Notes under the pieces: model-generated | What the model saw: the letters and a program-made list of their open reading frames with translations, nothing else | What the model was told of the DNA's origin: nothing | Databases searched by the model: none | Shown here: positions 8,120 through 13,080 of the stretch, piece after piece | How the letters are laid out: each line of letters starts with the position of its first letter | Numbering within the stretch: the stretch's first letter is position 1 | Position numbers and translations under genes: made by a program | Virus record (IMG/VR): IMGVR_UViG_2690316318_000016 | Length of the DNA stretch: 13,080 nt | From: a virus | Taxonomy: Duplodnaviria; Heunggongvirae; Uroviricota; Caudoviricetes | Reading direction: 5' to 3' (one strand)

Positions 8120-8159
8120 CCCCCCCCCCCACTGCACCTTTTGCAGTGGGGTTTTTATT
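8120..8159. promoter_or_regulatory. 11-nt homopolymeric C tract (8120-8130) plus a 10-bp GC-rich stem-loop (CCCCACTGCA-ccttt-TGCAGTGGGG, 8127-8151) followed by TTTTTATT, just upstream of the primase start
   Basis: Read directly. On the plus strand it looks like an intrinsic terminator. On the minus-strand mRNA the hairpin and G-run sit 8 nt upstream of the primase AUG, where a G-run could act as the Shine-Dalgarno. Confidence 0.45.
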
Positions 8160-8463
8160 AATTACTCGTTACTTCTTGTTTCCGGGCAATCCCTGCGGCT
8201 TCAGCTTTGTGCCATGAAAAAATTCCGCCAGATAAATGCATACCAGATTTAATCGTTTGTAATTCTCTATAAATAATGTTAGACAGAGATACAATTTCTT
8301 CATTTATAATTTCTGCTGATGCTCCGCCATTTTTATCGCCAAAGACTACAGATATTAAACTGACGAGATTAATCACATCTGCGAGATCTTCCTTTGCACT
8401 TTCTGTAAAAAAGCCAACATATTCTCTATCTAAAATATTTTCGCTATTCTGACGTTTAGACAT
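8158..8463 (-). CDS. Hypothetical protein, 101 aa, AT-rich
   Basis: ORF with a GGGAG ribosome-binding site 6 nt upstream of the ATG at 8463. Composition is visibly more AT-rich than the neighbouring primase and small-ORF genes. No recognisable motif. Confidence 0.55.
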   Translation of the reverse strand: MSKRQNSENILDREYVGFFTESAKEDLADVINLVSLISVVFGDKNGGASAEIINEEIVSLSNIIYRELQTIKSGMHLSGGIFSWHKAEAAGIARKQEVTSN

Positions 8464-8530
8464 AAAAACTCCCCGACCCGTTAAGGTCGAAATATAAATT
8501 GAATTCAGTTATCAGTGGGTAATTCGGGAA

Positions 8531-8749
8531 TCAGGCGGAAAGCTGCGTAACCTTCAACGCCCTGAAATGTGTCATTCCCAGCTCTTCCAGCCCTTCGGCT
8601 GCGCGGCGTATGGCTTCGCCCGGCCCCGTTCCGTATACCGTTGCGTGTGCATGTTTGGTTAACCCGCGCTTATTAACGGCATAACCCAACACAAAGAAAC
8701 ATTTTTCACCACTGCCATTATTTTTACGGGATGTTGAACGGGTTTTCAT
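8531..8749 (-). CDS. Hypothetical small protein, 72 aa
   Basis: ATG overlaps the stop of the upstream ORF (ATGA, 8746-8749); AGGTGA ribosome-binding site upstream. Confidence 0.5.
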   Translation of the reverse strand: MKTRSTSRKNNGSGEKCFFVLGYAVNKRGLTKHAHATVYGTGPGEAIRRAAEGLEELGMTHFRALKVTQLSA

Positions 8750-8934
8750 TTCTTCACCTTTACCACTGATGCTGTGAGTTCTTCTTCTGGTAATTTATAT
8801 TTCGGCGCAATTTCTTCCGTATACCTGATAGCGTCCCTTGCCGCTTTTCCTTTTGATTTATATTTATATGTGGTGCGGTAGTTTTCTTCCTCTCCTGTTA
8901 CCACATTACGCAATTTAATATGAATCTCGTACAT
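8746..8934 (-). CDS. Hypothetical small protein, 62 aa (MYEIHIKL...)
   Basis: Start at the internal ATG at 8934 with a strong GGAGGGG ribosome-binding site, 2 nt after the upstream stop; the longer track start lacks a ribosome-binding site. Confidence 0.55.
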   Translation of the reverse strand: MYEIHIKLRNVVTGEEENYRTTYKYKSKGKAARDAIRYTEEIAPKYKLPEEELTASVVKVKK

Positions 8935-8936
8935 CG

Positions 8937-9119
8937 TTACCCCTCCATGATTTTTACTGCGCATTTGTGGGTTAATCGCCCCTGTTTGTCATTGCGGGAA
9001 TATGCCATACGACAGGCATCACGCCATGCATCGTCATAAGTCGGATATTCCCAGGAATGAATCATCTGGCGAACGTCGCCGTTCTGGTAGTTAATCAGGG
9101 TGATAAGGAGCTTAAACAT
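8937..9119 (-). CDS. Hypothetical small protein, 60 aa (MFKLLITLINYQNGD...)
   Basis: Start at the ATG at 9119 with a GGGAGG ribosome-binding site; overlaps the upstream ORF's end by 8 nt (ATGTTTAA). Confidence 0.55.
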   Translation of the reverse strand: MFKLLITLINYQNGDVRQMIHSWEYPTYDDAWRDACRMAYSRNDKQGRLTHKCAVKIMEG

Positions 9120-9285
9120 GGCACGCCTCCCGGACACGGATACGGGCAACAAAGACCAGACGGGATGCCGGAAGCATGGCGCGCGCTTCGCGCTCACTGG
9201 CTGCGGTAACGGTATGAAGGCGAATATTTTTACCGTGGCACTGCATAAAGCGCCAGATAAAATCAGGGCGTGTTGATATAGCCAT
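9112..9285 (-). CDS. Hypothetical small protein, 57 aa (MAISTRPDFIWRFMQCHGKNIRLH...)
   Basis: Internal ATG at 9285 preceded by a GGAG ribosome-binding site. The 175-aa track ORF extends to 9639, but its N-terminal part looks non-protein-like and would cover the leader and promoter region. Confidence 0.45.
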   Translation of the reverse strand: MAISTRPDFIWRFMQCHGKNIRLHTVTAASEREARAMLPASRLVFVARIRVREACHV

Positions 9286-9643
9286 TTTGGCGGCTCCTCT
9301 AACTGATTTACGGAGTCTCGCCAGCACGCTGCTAAACATGGTGGCGGGACGTAACAGGGTTAGCAGACTGGCGTTAGAGAAACCAGCGAGCGCAAAGGCT
9401 CCCCCATTACGCCCCGCCATAATACGGGGTAGGGTGGAATTACGGGCACAAAAAAACCGCATTACGGAAATATAGCGGCTACCCGCTCTAACAATCAGGC
9501 TGCTAAACCCGGCACCTGTTTTATGAGGTGCGGGCAAACGATACGCCATGACAAAAAAGCGAGTCAAGAAAAATTGCAAATTATTTTGGCGATATTGCGC
9601 TGAGTTATTGATTTTTAAGAGTAAAAAAGTCATAATCATTTCT

Positions 9644-9731
9644 GCCTATTGTTTCTTATTGTTGGTTTCAGGTGCATTAAATGCACATCCTTGACTGGTT
9701 GGCTCGCTGGCTTTAGCGAGCTTCTTTTTTT
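9644..9731 (+). ncRNA. Candidate small RNA of about 90 nt: sigma70-like promoter (TTGATT 9608-9613, 17-nt spacer, CATAAT 9631-9636), internal palindrome GTGCATT-a-AATGCAC (9672-9686), intrinsic terminator (GCTCGCT-ggcttt-AGCGAGC + T8, 9702-9731)
   Basis: All elements read directly. The terminator is unambiguous for the plus strand (hairpin followed by TTCTTTTTTTT). The promoter assignment is by eye. No plus-strand protein gene ends here. Confidence 0.3.
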
Positions 9732-9833
9732 TGCTCTGCTGTCAGCGCCCGACCTCTCCCCCTCACGTGTAGCAACGTGTTCACATCAGTAAGTTTTGCC
9801 GCCAAGCGATGGGCTGCAATAAGCCGCCCGGGC

Positions 9834-10154
9834 TTATTCAACTCTGGCGCTACCGGATTCCCTCTCCCTTTTCTTTTTGGCGTTTTCGTATGGGTTATTC
9901 ACTTTGGCAATAACTGGCGGATTACGTAGCCACCACAAAACATCACTTAACAGCCAGGTACATGAGCAACGCCCCAAAGAGTGACGGGGAGGAAAAGCAC
10001 CGATCTTCTCCAGTTCCCAGCGCCGGGAGCGTGAAAGCGTGGTCATTTTTTTACACTTCTCTTCCCTGATGCGTTCTTCGCAGTCAAAACCATACTCGGC
10101 GAGTATGGTGCGGCGCTGTTCTGGAGTTGGTGGAATGAATGCGGATTGAGTCAT
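9834..10154 (-). CDS. alpA: AlpA-family phage transcriptional regulator (HTH), 106 aa
   Basis: Core TTLSRSRRWELEKIGAFPP...LGRCSCTWLLSDVLWWL matches the AlpA/prophage CP4-57 regulator pattern. GGGGGA ribosome-binding site upstream of the ATG at 10154. The N-terminal ~35 residues are an extension relative to 70-aa AlpA. Confidence 0.8.
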   Translation of the reverse strand: MTQSAFIPPTPEQRRTILAEYGFDCEERIREEKCKKMTTLSRSRRWELEKIGAFPPRHSLGRCSCTWLLSDVLWWLRNPPVIAKVNNPYENAKKKRERESGSARVE

Positions 10155-10249
10155 ATTTCCCCCTATGTTTCTGAACTTTCGGGGGAGATTTTTGTTTTAC
10201 GGGGTTTTGAAAGCAAGTATTAAAGGTCTTATTAAGATGCTTGCTGGTC

Positions 10250-11302
10250 TTACTGAGATGATGCCTTAATCCATCTTGATATAGTACTTTTATCAAAGCG
10301 CATATTGAGTCCTGCCTCTTTTGCTTCCGCGGTCAATATATCAGCAAGTTTTACCGGATTGTTTTCGAGTTCTTTATAATGAATAACAAGCATCGCACGA
10401 AAAAAATCCTTCATTGTTTTAGATAATCGTTCTATATTGTTTTTATTGGTGCATATATCTTTCTCTCCATCCTCAGAGCTTAATATATTGTTACCCGCAC
10501 ACAAATATAAAGTGTCTGCCAATGGATTAACATAATCTTTTCTTAACTCGCTATTGAAGCTTGTAGCATTTTGTATTTTTAAAAAATCACTCTTTAAGAT
10601 ATATAAATCACCAATATCAAAAGAAACATCCTCAGTAACAATTACTCCTATATGTATATCAACGTCAGAAGCAATTATAATATTGCTATTAATTATTCGG
10701 TTGGCTTTAAACTTCTTATTAAAATCATAGTTGGCAAAAAAACTTCTCCCCAAAGCGAAAATGCCGCCTATTTCAACAAAATACTTATGGTATTTTTCTT
10801 GAATACCTTTAAATACTGGTGGTACAACTGCCACAGCTCTTTCATCCGTTGCTATTCGATATACACTATATATGTGATAATTTTCCCCATAATATAACCC
10901 CCTGTTATAATAATTTAACAAAGCAAATGCAGTATCAATTGCTATGTCACCAAATTTGGGCGCTACATATGAATGACTTAGAGATTCGCACATTGAATCA
11001 AATATAATTCTCGACTTGGTTTTTATATAATTAAAACCATGGTGTTCTGCCGCCCTTTCTGAAATGGCATCAAGGTCAGATAACCGTGATTTACATGGTT
11101 CTGAATCCAGAAACTTACGCAGACAATCGAAATTAACCACATCTTTTTCATCTGGGATATTTAATACTCCATATGCAGATTCAATTTTTATACAAATACG
11201 AATGCAGCCTGTCACAGCCCAATGAATAAGATCATCAATATCGCAATCTAATAACTTTGCCGCGCGCTCAATAGGATAGTAATCTCTTAGTGGTAACGTC
11301 AT
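10250..11302 (-). CDS. Hypothetical protein, 350 aa, strongly AT-rich orphan gene in the integrase-alpA cargo slot; possible HTH-like segments at both termini
   Basis: Single uninterrupted ORF in DNA visibly far more AT-rich than the rest of the element; it starts 17 bp after the integrase stop. N-terminal PIERAAKLLDCDIDDLIHWAVTGCI and C-terminal FDKSTISRWIK resemble HTH segments; the central ~250 aa has no recognisable motif. Confidence 0.7.
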   Translation of the reverse strand: MTLPLRDYYPIERAAKLLDCDIDDLIHWAVTGCIRICIKIESAYGVLNIPDEKDVVNFDCLRKFLDSEPCKSRLSDLDAISERAAEHHGFNYIKTKSRIIFDSMCESLSHSYVAPKFGDIAIDTAFALLNYYNRGLYYGENYHIYSVYRIATDERAVAVVPPVFKGIQEKYHKYFVEIGGIFALGRSFFANYDFNKKFKANRIINSNIIIASDVDIHIGVIVTEDVSFDIGDLYILKSDFLKIQNATSFNSELRKDYVNPLADTLYLCAGNNILSSEDGEKDICTNKNNIERLSKTMKDFFRAMLVIHYKELENNPVKLADILTAEAKEAGLNMRFDKSTISRWIKASSQ

Positions 11303-11318
11303 TCTTTTCGCTCACATA

Positions 11319-12518
11319 TTATTTATCTTTAACCATTTTTTCTAAACATTCAAGCCAGTCATTTAGAGCCTTTAATTTGAATGGGATATACTGGCTAAGA
11401 TTATAGTTAAATTCTGCGGAGCCAGCATTATATACGTGACCTAATAATGACTCGACAATATGAGGCATTACCCCCATGTTGTTTAACCCAGTTGAAAATG
11501 TCCGTCTTAAATCGTGTAGCGTCCATTTTTCATTATGTCCGAATATTTTATACATTCTGCGACCTTTCAGAGAAACAGCTCTATGCGTTCTCTCCTCACC
11601 CAAAAGTAAGCCCGTCCTCCCGGTTTCCTGTTTTAGCTCTTTTAACCAGTCTCTTATACCTTCGGGAATTGGCCGAATAATCTTTTTGTTACTTTTACTG
11701 TTATTTCTTGGAACAATCCAAACCCATTCATTAAAATCCCATTCAATCCAATGAGAACGGCGAATCTCTACAGTTCTAGCCCCAAAGACAATAAGCAACT
11801 TTATTAATCTAGAAAAATAAATATCCCGATGTTTCTCCTTTGCAAAATACCAAAGATCTGATAGTTCGGCATCACTCAAAACACGGTCGCGCTGTCCGGC
11901 AGATTCCCCTACATCGGTTAACGTTAAATGAACAAGGGCATCACTGATGGCATAACGCCGAACATTGCAAAACCGCAATGCCTGTTTGGAGAGTTGAAAC
12001 ATACGCCCCGCCGTTTTTGAACTTATAGCGCGAATCTCATCAAAACATTTTACCCAATGGCGAGTATCGCACCGTGATAACGGATAATGGCCTATTCTGG
12101 GGTAGACATGTTTGCAGAATTGCGCCCTAATCAATTCCTCATCTTTGCGCTTATGTCTTGCATAATTGACCAACCAATATTCCAACGCATCTCGAACAGT
12201 AACAGGAGCACGGGATTCTTCAGTAAAAAGTTGGAGTTCAATTTTTGGATCAAGACCATTAGCCAACCATTGACGGCAACGCTCACGCCACATCCTGGCA
12301 TCTTTCAGACTAATATCAGGGTAATTCCCTAGAGTAAGACGAATAACTGAACTCTCACGCCCTCCAAGGCGATATGAAAAAACCCAGCTCACATGCCCTT
12401 TAGTTGATAACCTGACCCCTAACCCCTCTCCGTCAGCAAGCATTTCAACACGATCCCTATGCGTTCCTTGCAGCGCCTTTAGTTTCCTGTCGCTGAGCTT
12501 ATTCGTTCCAGACATCAT
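11319..12518 (-). CDS. int: P4-type tyrosine integrase (DUF4102-like N-terminal arm-binding domain + phage integrase catalytic domain), about 399 aa
   Basis: N-terminus KLSDRKLKALQG...GEGLGVRLSTKGHVSWVFSYRLGGRE...LTLGNYPDISLKDAR matches the P4 integrase-family N-terminal domain. C-terminus HDLRRTFSTGL...LLGHV carries the HxxR and GH motifs. Start placed at the ATG at 12516-12518 (the track start is GTG at 12521). Confidence 0.9.
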   Translation of the reverse strand: MMSGTNKLSDRKLKALQGTHRDRVEMLADGEGLGVRLSTKGHVSWVFSYRLGGRESSVIRLTLGNYPDISLKDARMWRERCRQWLANGLDPKIELQLFTEESRAPVTVRDALEYWLVNYARHKRKDEELIRAQFCKHVYPRIGHYPLSRCDTRHWVKCFDEIRAISSKTAGRMFQLSKQALRFCNVRRYAISDALVHLTLTDVGESAGQRDRVLSDAELSDLWYFAKEKHRDIYFSRLIKLLIVFGARTVEIRRSHWIEWDFNEWVWIVPRNNSKSNKKIIRPIPEGIRDWLKELKQETGRTGLLLGEERTHRAVSLKGRRMYKIFGHNEKWTLHDLRRTFSTGLNNMGVMPHIVESLLGHVYNAGSAEFNYNLSQYIPFKLKALNDWLECLEKMVKDK

Positions 12519-12530
12519 CACCGTTCCGAT

Positions 12531-12553
12531 ATTGATACACGCATTGATACACG
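12531..12553. repeat. Tandem direct repeat ATTGATACACG x2 (12-bp period) immediately upstream of the P4-type integrase start
   Basis: Read directly: ATTGATACACGcATTGATACACGt, 13-35 nt upstream of the integrase ATG; candidate operator or arm-type site. Confidence 0.35.
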
Positions 12554-12864
12554 TGAAATATTAATATCCAGAAAAAATGAAATCGAGCATGAACACAAAA
12601 TCACTACAACATAATGATTTTGATTGATTTTTTATATTCAGCGGGTAAACACTAGAAAAGTCAGGAACATAAAAAACATTACTTCTACAGTATGTTTCAT
12701 ATCTCTAACCATATGATTTAAAAACAAATCACTTCGCACGGGCGGGTTTCGGCACCGCAACAAAGCGCAAGACATGCAGTATACCAGCAAAACTATTCAT
12801 AAGCGGAATCCGTTAATAAAGTTCAATTTGTGAAAAGAAACGCATTGGTTCGCCGCAGGACAGC

Positions 12865-13080
12865 ATGCCGTTCCCGATGCCCGTTCCGGTACCGTTCAAT
12901 ATGGGAATGCCGATGCTGGGCGGGCCGATCTCTACTGCGGGTAATGTGCTGTTTATCGCCGCTACAGCAGATAACTACCTGCGCGCTTACAACATGAGCA
13001 ACGGTGAAAAACTGTGGCAGGCGCGTTTACCCGCAAGGGGCCAGACAACGTGCGCTTTGTTCATGCCGGATGCGGCGTGA
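12865..13080 (+). pseudogene. Orphan fragment resembling the C-terminal beta-propeller region of a PQQ-dependent (quinoprotein) dehydrogenase such as Gcd; truncated and running into a REP element
   Basis: Translation ...PFPMPVPVPFNMGMPMLGGPISTAGNVLFIAATADNYLRAYNMSNGEKLWQARLPA... matches the C-terminal region of E. coli-type glucose dehydrogenase as recalled, then diverges into REP-derived codons and stops at 13078-13080. The frame is open only from 12820, so at most about 85 codons are present. Identity is from memory, not a search. Confidence 0.45.
13063..13080. repeat. Start of a REP (repetitive extragenic palindrome) element, GCCGGATGCGGCGTGA, cut by the window end
   Basis: Matches the 5' part of the classic enterobacterial REP consensus GCCGGATGCGGCGTGAACGCCTTATCCGGCCTAC. 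Confidence 0.5.

Larger units (their letters stand above)
637..12560. mobile_element. Mosaic phage-satellite-like integrative element (P4/PICI-like) with two integrases, AlpA, alpha-like primase/helicase, Ogr/Delta activator and iteron cluster; boundaries not determined
   Basis: Gene content and order as listed above. The right boundary is presumed between the P4-type integrase (ending 12518) and the dehydrogenase fragment (~12820); the left boundary is unknown and could include or exclude the MazEF-like pair. No flanking direct repeats or tRNA were identified by eye. Confidence 0.6.

Noticed and set aside
9112-9639. Full 175-aa minus-strand ORF and the 62-aa plus-strand ORF at 9287-9475
   Set aside because: The N-terminal two thirds of the 175-aa translation are hydrophobic/arginine-rich and non-protein-like and would cover the promoter and leader; only the 57-aa C-terminal part with its ribosome-binding site was kept. 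The plus-strand ORF lacks signals and ends about 225 nt before the terminator.
10084-11007. 70-aa minus ORF bridging alpA and the 350-aa gene, and plus-strand ORFs (81, 62 aa) inside the 350-aa gene
   Set aside because: They overlap better-supported genes, are antisense or out of frame, and have composition driven by AT-rich DNA.
11447-12332. Plus-strand ORFs (77, 92, 81 aa) inside the P4-type integrase gene
   Set aside because: Antisense to a gene with clear integrase motifs.
12522-12860. tRNA or tmRNA gene expected next to a P4-type integrase
   Set aside because: No cloverleaf-like GC-rich acceptor/T-arm pattern or CCA-compatible 3' end was visible by eye in this AT-rich stretch; a proper tRNAscan run is needed, so absence is provisional.

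Overview
Most of this window (about 0.6-12.6 kb) reads as one mosaic, phage-satellite-like integrative element of the P4/PICI type in an enterobacterial chromosome. All gene calls come from motif reading by eye; nothing was searched or computed. Reading right to left on the minus strand: a P4-type tyrosine integrase (DUF4102-like N-terminus); a strongly AT-rich 350-aa orphan gene in the integrase-alpA cargo slot; an AlpA-family regulator; a long regulatory leader; four short translationally coupled ORFs; an AT-rich 101-aa ORF; a P4 alpha-like primase/helicase; a second, P2-type integrase 2 nt downstream of the primase; a cluster of GGTTACA iterons bounded by a perfect 26-bp inverted repeat; an Ogr/Delta zinc-finger activator; a small ribbon-helix-helix-like gene; and a coupled pair of unknown genes (236-aa coiled-coil protein plus 423-aa protein). 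The left flank carries a MazE/MazF-like toxin-antitoxin pair; the right flank carries a fragment resembling the C-terminus of a PQQ-dependent dehydrogenase that runs into a REP element. No tRNA, rRNA, CRISPR array or IS transposase was seen. The best candidates for an undescribed system are the AT-rich 350-aa gene (10250-11302) and the coupled pair at 637-2618; the primase-integrase operon with its adjacent iteron cluster is the most unusual architecture.
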